Origin: Spirochaetia bacterium
GTDB taxonomy: Bacteria > Spirochaetota > Spirochaetia > CAKZLE01
Assembly (NCBI GenBank): GCA_021736385.1
Contig: JAIPFY010000027.1
Location: 1-39,731 of the forward strand
Direction: 5' to 3'
DNA: 39,731 nt
The translations under genes and the position numbers were made by a program. The notes beneath the pieces were generated by a model. It searched no databases, had not been told where the DNA came from, and worked only from the letters and a program-made list of their open reading frames with translations. Below, one piece after another: positions 8,819 to 18,732 of this stretch. Position 1 is the first letter of the stretch. Every line of letters starts with the position of its first letter.

Positions 8819-10237
8819 TCAATCCATCACCACCTTCTGCCGTTCATAGTCCACTCCTGCTGCCTGCAGCTTCTCAGTGAGATCCTGAAGGCACTCTCTC
8901 AGACCTGCAGCGGTGGCTGCCTCACTCCTGATCGTCAGATGCGGCTGGGTGTTTGAGGCTCTGAGCATCCAGAACCCATCTGCACAGGTGACCCGCAGGC
9001 CGTCTATGGAGATGAAGGGACGTCCCTGCCTGCTCAGGGTTTCTGTGATGAGCTCCAGGGTCCTGCTGCTCTGCAGGGTGGATTGGGGGATGCGTATCTC
9101 TCCGCTGTCATGGTAGATCGGCATGCGCTCTCTCAGGTCCGACAGTGATCCTGATGCATCACTGAGCAGATTGAGCAGCTTCACCGCTGAGAACAGCCCG
9201 TCATCATAGCCGTTGTTCTCTTCAAAGAAGATGTGTCCGCTGGTCTCTCCTGCCAGCGGTATGTGCTCTCTCCACATCCGTTCCTTCTGGTTGGTATGAC
9301 CCACTTTCCACATGATGGCATGTCCCCCGCAGCTGGCCACTTCATCATAGAAGAGTTTGCCTGCCTTCACCTCAGACATCACCGTAGACCCGGGTCTGCG
9401 ACCCAGCAGGTCCCGGGCATAGAGACTCAGCAGCTGATCACCACTGAGGATCACCGCCTGATCATCCACGACCCCGATACGGTCCCCGTCCCCATCGAAG
9501 GCTATGCCGGCATCAGCACCTGTGGTACGTACCGCCTCCTGCAGCATCCTCATGTTCACCTTCAGGCTGGGGTCCGGGTGATGGTTGGGAAAGCTGCCGT
9601 CGACCTCCCCGCAGATGATCCGGTGGGTACCCGGGAGCCTGTCGGTCAGCAGTTGCAGCACCGCAGCAGCGGCACCGTTTCCCGGGTCCCACACGATGCT
9701 GGGATTGAAGTCAGGATCGACGGTGAGAAAGGAGAGCAGGTATGTGATATACTCCCTGGTGATCGATCGATCGGTCCTCACTCCCTTCCCGCTGCAGTAG
9801 GTGCCATCCTCGCAGATCCGTGCGAGATCGGTGATGCTGCTCCCATGGAAGAGACCGTCACTGAGAACGAACTTACAGCCGTTATACTGTGCGGGATTGT
9901 GGCTTGCGGTGATCATGATCCCTGCATCAGCGTGCAGGTATGCTACTGCATAATAGACTGCAGGGGTCGGGACCAGAGAGATGACCGTGACATCGATGCC
10001 TGCATCCAGCAGACCAGCAACGGCTGCTTCTGCGAGGGATACCGAGCTCTCTCTGCCGTCATACCCGGCGATGCAGCTCTGCTTGCCCATCTGTTTGAGC
10101 ATCGTGCCGAAGGCTCTGCCGATCGCATAGAGGTCATGTCCACTCAGCTGCTGTGTGACTATCCCGCGTACATCACATGCTTTGAGGATCTCCGGGTTCA
10201 GTACTCTCGAGCTGCTCTCATACCGTTCGCTGTTCAT
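8819..10237 (-). CDS. Phosphomannomutase/phosphoglucomutase (alpha-D-phosphohexomutase family)
   Basis: Active-site TASHNP(A) loop, metal-binding FDGDGDR, N-terminal LKACDVRG. AAAGGAG SD. Confidence 0.9.
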   Translation of the reverse strand: MNSERYESSSRVLNPEILKACDVRGIVTQQLSGHDLYAIGRAFGTMLKQMGKQSCIAGYDGRESSVSLAEAAVAGLLDAGIDVTVISLVPTPAVYYAVAYLHADAGIMITASHNPAQYNGCKFVLSDGLFHGSSITDLARICEDGTYCSGKGVRTDRSITREYITYLLSFLTVDPDFNPSIVWDPGNGAAAAVLQLLTDRLPGTHRIICGEVDGSFPNHHPDPSLKVNMRMLQEAVRTTGADAGIAFDGDGDRIGVVDDQAVILSGDQLLSLYARDLLGRRPGSTVMSEVKAGKLFYDEVASCGGHAIMWKVGHTNQKERMWREHIPLAGETSGHIFFEENNGYDDGLFSAVKLLNLLSDASGSLSDLRERMPIYHDSGEIRIPQSTLQSSRTLELITETLSRQGRPFISIDGLRVTCADGFWMLRASNTQPHLTIRSEAATAAGLRECLQDLTEKLQAAGVDYERQKVVMD

Positions 10238-10309
10238 GCTGTGCTCCTTTTCGTCTTGTGCTATGCTTTTGCTTTCATCGCGACTTCAGGCTGCGGGCCC
10301 CGGGCTTGG

Positions 10310-12118
10310 TCAGGATCGTGGCACCGGGCTGTCGGTACTATGGGCTGTCTTCCGGGGATCCTCCGCCGGGATCCGCACCGTGAAGCAGGTCCCCCTGCCT
10401 CTGGTGCTGGTGACATCGATCGTACCACCGAACTCTTTGACCAGGCGCTGCGTGATCGCAAGCCCCAGTCCTGTGCCGGGGACCCTGCTGTTTCGCGACT
10501 TGTCTGCCCGGTAGAACCGTTCGAAGATCCTCGGCAGGTCTTCCGGTGCCATACCGCTGCCGTGGTCTTCCACCTCGATGATCAGCTGCTGTTCTCTGGT
10601 ATGGACCCTGATGAGGATCTCATCAAGATCAGGGGCATACTTGACTGCATTATCGTAGATGTTGAAGATCATCTGTCTGAACCAGCCCGGTCTGCCGTAG
10701 AGCTGGGGAACAGCCCCTTCGGTGGAGATGATCGTTCGTATGCCCCGCCTCTGTGTCACCTCCGCCAGGGAGGCAGTCAGCTTCTCGATCAGCGGGAGCG
10801 GATCGAAGAGCTGCTTCTTCGCAGTGCCCATGGCTCCCTCGATCCGGGAGAGCTTGAGGAGTTCGGAGATGAGGTCCTTCAGCCGATCGGTCTCCATGCT
10901 GATCAGAGAGAGGGCCGTCCTCCTGTCCGCATCTTCGAGCAGCTCCCAGGACTGCAGGGTCTCTGCGAACCCGCTGATCACCGTGAGCGGGGTCCGAAGC
11001 TCATGTGATACGTTCGATACGAACTCATCCTTGAGTCGTTCGAGATGCCTGATCTGTGTCACATCCCGCAGGATAGCCAGTGCCCCGCAGTGCTCATGCG
11101 GTTGATACTTGTTGTACATGACAGCGATATCGACATCGATGATCTTCTTGTCTTCACCCTCAAGCGAGATCACCCTCCCCTGCTGTTCAGCATTCACCAG
11201 CTTCATCTGGCTGAGGATCCGTCCGATCAGGCTGCCGGGGTCATGCTCTTGGGTGCTGCCGGTGAATAGTTCTCTGGTGTTCACCTGCAGCAGTCCCTCG
11301 GCTTTGGGATTGACCAGAGTGATCTCATTGTCCACACCGACCATGATGATCCCGGTCTTGACCGTGGCGAGCAGCGTATTGATCTTGCTGTATTTCTCAT
11401 TATCGGTCTCGATCAGCTGCATGTAGCGTTCCTGCAGGGTATTGAAATTCTCTACGAGTTGATGGAGCTCTGGCACGTGTGTGTCGACAGGAAGCGGGGA
11501 ATGCCCGTCCTTGGGCAGGGACCGGGTATGGGTGAGGAACTTCTGCAGCGGCTTCTGGTACCGGAGCAGCGCTTCAGAGACCAGCAGTGCGGTAAGGGCA
11601 GCCAGCAGCAGAGCGAGCAGTACCATGAAGAATAGAAACCCACGCATGAACCCCTCTGTGTGATCGAGGGAGTAACTGTGAGAGACTATCACCTGCTGCT
11701 GCCCGAACGTAGAGCTCATGGCTACCGAGACCAGCAGCGCGCCGCGGCTCCGGTCCCGTACGATACTGCTCGATGCGCCATGCTGTTTTGCTTCTGAGAT
11801 ATCGGCATTGAGATACGCCCCCGAGACTTCCTGCATGCCGAGGTGTGAATCGGCAAGCAGACGGAACTGATCATCGACGATGACCACGTGAGCCCCTGTC
11901 ACCTCTTCCTGTTCCAGTGCGATACGACTGAGCAGAGCGCCATGCTGTTGTGGCATGCGCTCCATCATCTGCAGCGTATGGTACAGGTCAGAGAACCCCT
12001 GTTCGATCTGCTGGTCTACGATGATGTTCACCGTATAGAGGAAGAACCCCACAGAGAGCAGGAAGATCAGGAGGATCATCAGGGTGATCATCGATCGCTG
12101 TATCGAAACGTGCATCAT
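10310..12118 (-). CDS. Sensor histidine kinase (PhoR/ResE-like: periplasmic domain, HAMP, PAS, HisKA, HATPase)
   Basis: H-box HELRTPLTVISGFAETL and G-box GTGLGLAI. Two TMs flank a ~150-aa periplasmic segment. ATGATGA overlap with the regulator gene. Confidence 0.9.
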   Translation of the reverse strand: MMHVSIQRSMITLMILLIFLLSVGFFLYTVNIIVDQQIEQGFSDLYHTLQMMERMPQQHGALLSRIALEQEEVTGAHVVIVDDQFRLLADSHLGMQEVSGAYLNADISEAKQHGASSSIVRDRSRGALLVSVAMSSTFGQQQVIVSHSYSLDHTEGFMRGFLFFMVLLALLLAALTALLVSEALLRYQKPLQKFLTHTRSLPKDGHSPLPVDTHVPELHQLVENFNTLQERYMQLIETDNEKYSKINTLLATVKTGIIMVGVDNEITLVNPKAEGLLQVNTRELFTGSTQEHDPGSLIGRILSQMKLVNAEQQGRVISLEGEDKKIIDVDIAVMYNKYQPHEHCGALAILRDVTQIRHLERLKDEFVSNVSHELRTPLTVISGFAETLQSWELLEDADRRTALSLISMETDRLKDLISELLKLSRIEGAMGTAKKQLFDPLPLIEKLTASLAEVTQRRGIRTIISTEGAVPQLYGRPGWFRQMIFNIYDNAVKYAPDLDEILIRVHTREQQLIIEVEDHGSGMAPEDLPRIFERFYRADKSRNSRVPGTGLGLAITQRLVKEFGGTIDVTSTRGRGTCFTVRIPAEDPRKTAHSTDSPVPRS

Positions 12119-12834
12119 CTATCTGTCGACTCGATCATATAGCCCTCTCCGCGGATGGTCTGGATCTCGACCCCGCTGATGCCCTGCTGTCCCAGCTTCT
12201 TCCGTATATGCCTGATATGGACATCGATGGTCCTGCCCAGTTCGTCAGGACTCTTGTCGAAGATCTCATAGGAGAGGTCCTCGCGCATCACCACCTGTCC
12301 GGCATGTCCCATCAACTGCTGCAGGATGCGAAACTCGGTGAGAGTGAGATCGAGTCGCTGATCACCGAAGGTCACCAGATGCCGGCGGGTATCGAGCAGC
12401 AGAGGACCCACCGCATAGGTGCTCACATGGAGCGACTTGAGCACCTCTACCTGCCGCAGTGCTGCCTGGATGCGCAGATAGAGTTCCTTCATGTTGAACG
12501 GTTTGCTGACGTAATCGTCAGCACCGCCTTCCAATCCGCGTATGCGGTCCTCATCCTCGCTTCTCGCACTGACGATGATCACCGGTATATGGCGGGTCTT
12601 CATATCCTGCTTCAGTCGTCTGCAGGTCTCGATCCCATCCATACCCGGCATCATCACATCAAGAAGGATCACATCGACCGGTTCGGTCGCTGCAAGCTGC
12701 AGACACTCCTCTCCGGTATAGGCTGCAAGGCTCCTGAGGCCCTGCGTCCTCAGATTCATCTCAAGCAGCTGGACGATATGCTCCTCGTCATCGACGATGA
12801 GTATCGTAGGGCTCTGGTCTGTTCGCTCGTTCAT
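12115..12834 (-). CDS. OmpR/PhoB-family response regulator
   Basis: REC domain (ILIVDDE...D...MPGMDG...K) plus winged-helix C-terminus (TIRGEGYMI). Start chosen at MNERTDQSPTILIVDD, which has a GAGAGGA SD. The track ORF extends to 12876. Confidence 0.85.
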   Translation of the reverse strand: MNERTDQSPTILIVDDEEHIVQLLEMNLRTQGLRSLAAYTGEECLQLAATEPVDVILLDVMMPGMDGIETCRRLKQDMKTRHIPVIIVSARSEDEDRIRGLEGGADDYVSKPFNMKELYLRIQAALRQVEVLKSLHVSTYAVGPLLLDTRRHLVTFGDQRLDLTLTEFRILQQLMGHAGQVVMREDLSYEIFDKSPDELGRTIDVHIRHIRKKLGQQGISGVEIQTIRGEGYMIESTDR

Positions 12835-12906
12835 CACCTGATCCTCTCTGGAGTGAGTCGTATGTATGCAGAACATTCTATCATACTCCCTGCGATCGAG
12901 GTCACC

Positions 12907-14019
12907 CTACATGAGCTTTCCTGTGGCGATATTCCGTTCGGTCGCCTGATCGAAGAGCACGATATGCTCTGAGGTGAAGGAGATGTTCACCTGCTCCCCC
13001 ATGGCAAAATCCACACCACCGAAGACCACACAGGTAAGCAGCAGGCCATCCACATCGATCTTGACGATGGTCTCCATGCCCGAGGGAAGCGTCGAGTAGA
13101 TCTCCCCGGAAAGCGGTCCCTCCTCGGTGATAGCGATGCACTCAGGTCTGATCCCGAGAAAGAGCTTCTGACCCTTTGTGATCGAGAAGCTCGAGGAGGT
13201 CGGTACGAAGAGCATGCGTACCTGCTCATTGGAGAGCTTCACCTCATCCAGATTGACACTCTCACCGGATACCTCGATCATGTTGATGTTCGGGGATCCG
13301 ACGAAGTCTGCGACAAAGACGTTCGAAGGAGTATGATAGACCTCCAGAGGTGGTGCATACTGCTGGAGCAGCCCGTTTCGCAGCAGGCAGATGTTCGTGG
13401 AGAGGGTCATGGCCTCCAGCTGATCATGCGTGACATAGACGAAGGTGGAATCGGTCTCTGCATGCAGTCTCTTGAGCTCGGTACGCATCTCCATGCGCAG
13501 CTTGGCATCCAGATTACTCAGCGGTTCGTCCATGAAGAGGATCTTCGGTCCGGTCGCCAGTGTACGGGCGATCGCCACACGCTGCTGCTGTCCTCCCGAG
13601 AGCTCTGCAGGGTACCGGTCGTGGTACTCCTCGATCCTGAGCATCTCAAGGAGTTCGTAGACACGTGCATGGATGCGCTCCTTGTCCCACTTCATGTTCT
13701 CCAGCCCGAATGCGATATTCTTATAGACGGTCATATGAGGCCACAGGGCATAGTTCTGAAACAGGAACCCTACGTTCCTCTTATCGGGGGAGATGTCTAT
13801 ACCCCGTTCTGCAGAGAAGACACATACATCATCGATGTAGATATCGCCCTCTGTCGGGGTCTCCAGTCCAGCGATCATGCGCAAGGTGGTGGTCTTGCCG
13901 CAGCCTGAGGGACCGAGCAGGGTGAGGAACTCCCGGTCATCGATCACAAGATTCAAATTATCGACAGCGACTGCCGACCCGAAGCGTTTGGTGATGTTCT
14001 TAAGTATGATCTGCGGCAT
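12907..14019 (-). CDS. ABC importer ATP-binding protein with C-terminal TOBE domain (FbpC/PotA/MalK-like)
   Basis: GPSGCGKTT, LSGGQQQRVAIARTL, FMDEPLSNLD and a ~130-aa C-terminal regulatory domain. AGGAGGG SD. Confidence 0.9.
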   Translation of the reverse strand: MPQIILKNITKRFGSAVAVDNLNLVIDDREFLTLLGPSGCGKTTTLRMIAGLETPTEGDIYIDDVCVFSAERGIDISPDKRNVGFLFQNYALWPHMTVYKNIAFGLENMKWDKERIHARVYELLEMLRIEEYHDRYPAELSGGQQQRVAIARTLATGPKILFMDEPLSNLDAKLRMEMRTELKRLHAETDSTFVYVTHDQLEAMTLSTNICLLRNGLLQQYAPPLEVYHTPSNVFVADFVGSPNINMIEVSGESVNLDEVKLSNEQVRMLFVPTSSSFSITKGQKLFLGIRPECIAITEEGPLSGEIYSTLPSGMETIVKIDVDGLLLTCVVFGGVDFAMGEQVNISFTSEHIVLFDQATERNIATGKLM

Positions 14020-14021
14020 GG

Positions 14022-15815
14022 TTACTGCCCTCCTATTCCTTTATCGATAGATGCCCCGGTAAGTCTGTTCACTGCGGTGTTGCTCAGCACGACGAACAGC
14101 ACGATCAGCAGATTGATCGCATTGGCATACTGACTCCAGCCCTTCTCATTGTACTGGAAGAGCATGGTGGTCAGGATCCTGGTAGACGGGGTGACCAGCA
14201 GGATGAACAGTGAGAGTTCTCTCATACACGAGATGAAGGGAAGCAGGTACCCTGAGAGGAAGCTCGCCTTCTGGATCGGTATGATGATCCGCAGCATCCT
14301 CTTGCCCCAGCCTATCCCCTGGATGGCTGCAGCCTCCTCGATCTCATTGCTCAACTGATGCATCGCCCCGACACTTGCCCGGGATGCGAACGGCAGGTAT
14401 TTCACCGCACCTACGAGTACCAGCAGTGCGAAGGAACCGTACAGGGGCGGGATGAACCCGCGTCGTACGGCGAACATGGAGAGATAGATCGCCCCGAAGG
14501 CCATACTCGGCATCAGATAGGGAAAGAACGCCAGATTGTTGACGAACGCAGAGAGACGGGAGTTCTTCTTCTTCACGATGGCATAGCCTGCCAGGATCCC
14601 CATCGATCCTGAGATGAAGGCAACGAGTACTGACAGTCGAAGCGAGTTCCACAGCCCGGTGAAGATGGAGGGGTTACGCAGGATCCCGGGCTCGCCGTTG
14701 GCGATCTCCGGTGAACCCGAACCGATCCAGAAGAGCGTGGTGAAGTTATCGAAGGAGTAGTTACCCGGTTCCATGATGAACGATTCAAGCGCGAAGGAGA
14801 ACAGCGGCACGATACATACCATGCTGATGAGGATCAGCAGCAGATAGGATAACGGCGTGGTCATGCCCCGCAGGTTGATCAGGGAGATGTTGGAACTCTT
14901 TCCTGTGATGGTCGTGAAGGATTTTCTCGATCCTACGATGTGGTGATTGATCCCGAGGATGAACACCCCGATGATGATCATCAGCAGTGCCATGATATAG
15001 CCGTAGCCTGGGTTCAGACCGTTGAGGGTCCTGTACATCTGGGTGGTCAGTACCTGGTAGCGGACCGAGGTGCCGAGGAAGGCAGGTACCGCGAAGGCAC
15101 TCATCGCACTGGAGAATACCAGCAGGAAGGTCGAGAGCATGGCAGGGAGCACGATCGGGATCGTGATCTTTCGCATGATCTTGGCTCTGCTCGCTTTCAG
15201 GATCAATGCAGCCTCTTCCAGGTTGGCATCCATGTTCCGGAGGATACCGCCTATGAGGATATAGGCGAAGGGGGCATAGTGCAGCCCCAGGACCACGATG
15301 ATCGGGAATGGCCCGTAGGCAAACCAGTTGGCCGTCTCGATCCCGGTGAGAGCGGTGAAGATCCCCGGAGACCCTCCTACCAGAGAGTTCTGGAAGAAGT
15401 TCAGCCATGCCATGGCAAGGGTCCAGGACGGCATGATATAGGGGAAGATGAACAGGGTCGAGAGGATCCCCTTGAATCTGAGGTTGGTCCTCGTCACCAG
15501 CCATGCCATCATCCCTCCGAGGGTGATGGCGATGAAGCAGGTGCCGAAGGAGACGACCATGGTGTTGAGGAACGGTTCGTAGAAGATCTTCCTGCTTGCC
15601 GAAGAGAAGAGCACCTTGGTCCAGTGGTACAGGGTGAAATCACCCACAGCAGCGCCTTTGACCCGCATCAGTTCCGACTGGTGCACCGTGAACGTATCAA
15701 GGATGATCGTGATCATCGGGACGATCGTCAGATACGAGAGGATGATCGCAAGAGATACCAGGATCACGTTGTGCGGTTTCTTGATAAAGGACTTGAACCT
15801 GTTTGTATAGTTCAC
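14022..15815 (-). CDS. Fused two-domain ABC permease (FbpB/ThiP-like, ~12 TM)
   Basis: 597 aa with two MetI-type transmembrane domains in tandem. GTG start (revcomp cac at 15813-15815) with AAGGAA SD. Confidence 0.85.
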   Translation of the reverse strand: MNYTNRFKSFIKKPHNVILVSLAIILSYLTIVPMITIILDTFTVHQSELMRVKGAAVGDFTLYHWTKVLFSSASRKIFYEPFLNTMVVSFGTCFIAITLGGMMAWLVTRTNLRFKGILSTLFIFPYIMPSWTLAMAWLNFFQNSLVGGSPGIFTALTGIETANWFAYGPFPIIVVLGLHYAPFAYILIGGILRNMDANLEEAALILKASRAKIMRKITIPIVLPAMLSTFLLVFSSAMSAFAVPAFLGTSVRYQVLTTQMYRTLNGLNPGYGYIMALLMIIIGVFILGINHHIVGSRKSFTTITGKSSNISLINLRGMTTPLSYLLLILISMVCIVPLFSFALESFIMEPGNYSFDNFTTLFWIGSGSPEIANGEPGILRNPSIFTGLWNSLRLSVLVAFISGSMGILAGYAIVKKKNSRLSAFVNNLAFFPYLMPSMAFGAIYLSMFAVRRGFIPPLYGSFALLVLVGAVKYLPFASRASVGAMHQLSNEIEEAAAIQGIGWGKRMLRIIIPIQKASFLSGYLLPFISCMRELSLFILLVTPSTRILTTMLFQYNEKGWSQYANAINLLIVLFVVLSNTAVNRLTGASIDKGIGGQ

Positions 15816-15906
15816 ATGCGTTTCCTTGATTGGAGTGGTACGGGAGGAGAACAGACAGGTCCCTGTCCGTTCTGCCTCCCGTCATCGATCAGATGGACAT
15901 GAAGTC

Positions 15907-17058
15907 CTAGTAGATGTATTCGTTGAGGAATTCCTCGACTTCAGCACGCTGTTCGAAACAGTAGGCTGGATCCTCTTCCACCAGGATCTCTACCCAGGTG
16001 CTCATAGGATAGTCTCCGGGCTGCAGGGGGACGTTCGGATTGGAGGAGTAGGTTCCCATGTCCGATGACCAGGGGGTGAACCCCTCTTCTGTCAGCAGGT
16101 ATTCGATGAAGAGTTTCGCCGCATTCGGATTCTGTGCGTTCGAGCTCATCAACGCATAGATCGGGTAGTAGAAGCCTGAGAACGGTTTGACATCCATCAT
16201 CACCTGAAGGGCCAGGTTCTTCGTCTCGGTGTATCGGAGTTTTGAGAATACGAACAGTCCTGCATTACGATCCTTGCCCTGTCCCTTGATCCCGATGCTC
16301 TCTGCGGTCTTGGTATCGGAGGTGGTCAGGATCATGTTGTTCTCCAGAGTCCGTTTGATCCATTCGTATCCTGCATTGGGGGTCGTCAGTTCGATCTCCT
16401 GACCGAAGTACTCTGCATAGGCATCTGCGATCTGAGCAGCGATCTCGGGTTTTGTCACCATGGTGAGGAAGTTCGCGTTCACACCCTCCTGGAAGGGATT
16501 CTTGAACTGGAAGTTCCCTGCCCACTCTTTGGTGGTCACTGCCCAGATATTGTCAATAGCCTGTGAGGAGGCACTCTCGTTGTTATAGATGAACACCTTG
16601 TTGATGAATGCGAAAGCCAGAGGATTCTGGAACTCCACCGGGATCACATCTTTCATCGTCGGAGGTACATAGTTGTAGAGGTACTCAAGATTGATCAGCT
16701 CCCCCATCACCCGGCCGCCATCCTGTGCAAGGACGAAGTCTGCTCCCTGTGCACCGGTGCTTCCCTCTTTGGAGATCTTCTCGACAAGTTCGAAGTCCTT
16801 GAGGTTCGTCGCTTCGACCTTTATGCCGTACTTCTCGGTGAAGGTGGCAGCGGCATTGGCGATACGGCTCGTCACGGCATAGACCACGACCTTGCCCTCT
16901 TCCTGTGCAGCTGCAACCAGCTCATCGTGTGTCATAGGTACTTCGGCTGCTGCCGGCTTCGCAGGTGCTGCCTCCTGCTTCCCGCCTGCGAATACCATGG
17001 GTACTGCAGTCATCAAGATGATCATCATCAATACAATCGTTCGTAGAGACCTTTTCAT
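15907..17058 (-). CDS. ABC transporter periplasmic substrate-binding protein (family-1 Fe3+/polyamine/thiamine-type), specificity unknown
   Basis: Signal peptide MKRSLRTIVLMMIILMTAVPMVFAGG and a ~360-aa mature PBP-type II fold. It heads an operon with the fused permease and TOBE ATPase. AAGGAG SD. Confidence 0.75.
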   Translation of the reverse strand: MKRSLRTIVLMMIILMTAVPMVFAGGKQEAAPAKPAAAEVPMTHDELVAAAQEEGKVVVYAVTSRIANAAATFTEKYGIKVEATNLKDFELVEKISKEGSTGAQGADFVLAQDGGRVMGELINLEYLYNYVPPTMKDVIPVEFQNPLAFAFINKVFIYNNESASSQAIDNIWAVTTKEWAGNFQFKNPFQEGVNANFLTMVTKPEIAAQIADAYAEYFGQEIELTTPNAGYEWIKRTLENNMILTTSDTKTAESIGIKGQGKDRNAGLFVFSKLRYTETKNLALQVMMDVKPFSGFYYPIYALMSSNAQNPNAAKLFIEYLLTEEGFTPWSSDMGTYSSNPNVPLQPGDYPMSTWVEILVEEDPAYCFEQRAEVEEFLNEYIY

Positions 17059-17101
17059 GCTGTGCTCCTTGTGTTCGTGCGTCTTCTGTCATCAGAAGTT
17101 T

Positions 17102-17144
17102 TGTTAACTTTTCTTAACATTTACTATGTTAAGGTATCATAACA
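17102..17144 (-). promoter_or_regulatory. Extended -10 promoter (TGtTATGAT) plus conserved leader element upstream of the binding-protein operon
   Basis: Sense strand: TGtTATGAT-ac-CTTAACATAGTAAATGTTAAGAAAAGTTAAC, containing TGTTAA-N6-TTAACA. The same block recurs at 18733-18770. Confidence 0.35.
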
Positions 17145-17188
17145 TAGTTGTCAACTAAAAGTTCACTGCACGATTGTACAAGAAGATT

Positions 17189-18673
17189 TCAGCGCGGTTC
17201 GACCCGCAGGATCCCTGAACGGTTCATGACCAGACAGTAGTGGAACAACCGGGGGACCGAGCCCTTGCGATCCTCTTTAAGCGAGGCGATCAGATGTATA
17301 TGATAGACGCGGTTACCAGAGACTCTCTTACGTTTGCCATCTTCGAGCTTGTAATGGATCTCTTCAGGATCATCCATCTCCTTGAGCCAGTCATCGATAC
17401 GTATCCTGGTGATCTCCGTGATCGCATCGAGCCGGGAATGGTTCTCCAGCAGCGTCTTACCCTGTACCGAGATCAATCGGTTGTAGTGCATGACATTCTG
17501 GGGAGGGAGGATCGATTTGAAGGGGTTGGTCCCCAGATCCCGTTCCTTCTGGATCTCCTGCGGCTGGTCCTTGTCGACTCCGAACTTGATGATCACCTGA
17601 GAACGTGCGACATCCTTCCCGTTCACCGGGTCCTGCAGGCGGTAGATACGGTCTGCCAGCAGCCTGGGCAGCAGTCTGCCGAACAGATCCCGGAGGATCT
17701 CCTTGATCCGGTCCTTGAACACGTAGGAGAGGATGATGATCAGTCCCCAGGAGGCCGAATTCCGTACGAAGAACTGTTCTGCATAGAAGGCTGCCAGCAC
17801 GGCGAAGGTCATAGCCGTAGCGGCTGCGGTCCCGGCAAGGATGTGCCCGATACGCTGAGGGACCCTCGATTCCATCGATCTCATGTAGAGGGAGGACTGT
17901 GACCACTTCTTGAGCATGCTCTCGCGATAGGCAAGGGTCTCCCCTGCATGCTCATCCAGTGCCTTGAATGATGATTTATACTCTTTGAGGGTCCTGTAGG
18001 CATCTTCCTTCTCGATGAACTCATCGATGTAGGGAACCAGAGGGGCCAGAGCCGTATCAGCCTCACAGATCACGTGCAGGCGGATGGCATTGCGGATCGC
18101 GATCAGCCCGAGAGCCTCGTCACTCCAGCTTAGAGCCGTACGTGTCGCATCAGAGATCCGCACATCGAGGAACCGGGGGAACAGGGTCCTCAGGGCATCC
18201 AACAGCTGCTGCATCTGTGCGATCATCTCCCGTATCCGGTTCTTATAGATACGAACGTTGGTACTGTCTTCGGTGATGATCTGCTGCAGCAGATCGGTAA
18301 AATCCTTCACTTCCCCCCGGAAGCCGTTGACCATCGTCTGCAGTTCATAGACGATCTTAGGCTCACTGATCGTCTCACCCCGGTCCAGACGGGTGAAGAA
18401 GCGATCGATCCGGGTAAGGGGACTCAGATCGCAGGAGGGATCGGTATAACCTGTCAGCGGCAGCGCCGGGGAGGAGAACCGGGTATAGGTCTGGATATGA
18501 CGGATGATCGCATCATTCGAGATGTTCTTCTTCGTGAAGTGAAGCTGAGCCGGCGAGAAGAAGTAGAAGTTCAGGTCGTACTTGCCCTTGCCCTTCTGGG
18601 GTATGGGCAGGTTGGATTTCAGCTCAAGATGATGCCGATCGTGTTTTCGTACCAGACAGAAAAATTCTCTCAT
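17189..18673 (-). CDS. Hypothetical protein with a central 2-TM hairpin, no recognisable domain
   Basis: 494 aa. The ~265-aa N-terminal and ~175-aa C-terminal regions are helical and charged. The hydrophobic hairpin is IGHILAGTAAATAMTFAVLAAFY ... WGLIIILSYVF. AGAGGGA SD. Monocistronic, flanked by 130- and 310-bp intergenic regions. Confidence 0.6.
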   Translation of the reverse strand: MREFFCLVRKHDRHHLELKSNLPIPQKGKGKYDLNFYFFSPAQLHFTKKNISNDAIIRHIQTYTRFSSPALPLTGYTDPSCDLSPLTRIDRFFTRLDRGETISEPKIVYELQTMVNGFRGEVKDFTDLLQQIITEDSTNVRIYKNRIREMIAQMQQLLDALRTLFPRFLDVRISDATRTALSWSDEALGLIAIRNAIRLHVICEADTALAPLVPYIDEFIEKEDAYRTLKEYKSSFKALDEHAGETLAYRESMLKKWSQSSLYMRSMESRVPQRIGHILAGTAAATAMTFAVLAAFYAEQFFVRNSASWGLIIILSYVFKDRIKEILRDLFGRLLPRLLADRIYRLQDPVNGKDVARSQVIIKFGVDKDQPQEIQKERDLGTNPFKSILPPQNVMHYNRLISVQGKTLLENHSRLDAITEITRIRIDDWLKEMDDPEEIHYKLEDGKRKRVSGNRVYHIHLIASLKEDRKGSVPRLFHYCLVMNRSGILRVEPR

Positions 18674-18732
18674 GACTCATTATCCCTCTTCGTGATCTTA
18701 AACGGCAAAGTATAGCATACTTACCCGAACTA

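Noticed and set aside
9233-11008. 591-aa plus-strand ORF spanning the phosphohexomutase and histidine-kinase genes
   Set aside because: It has no recognisable motifs. Its triplets are exactly in register with the minus-strand codons of two genes that share a frame, so its openness only reflects avoidance of TTA/CTA/TCA sense codons. The same holds for 2050-3132(-), 14940-15902(+), 6016-6519(-) and 17240-17902(+).
17083-17100. Small hairpin CTTCTG-tcat-CAGAAG with a T-run on the plus strand
   Set aside because: No gene runs in that direction here, and the stem is short and AT-rich.
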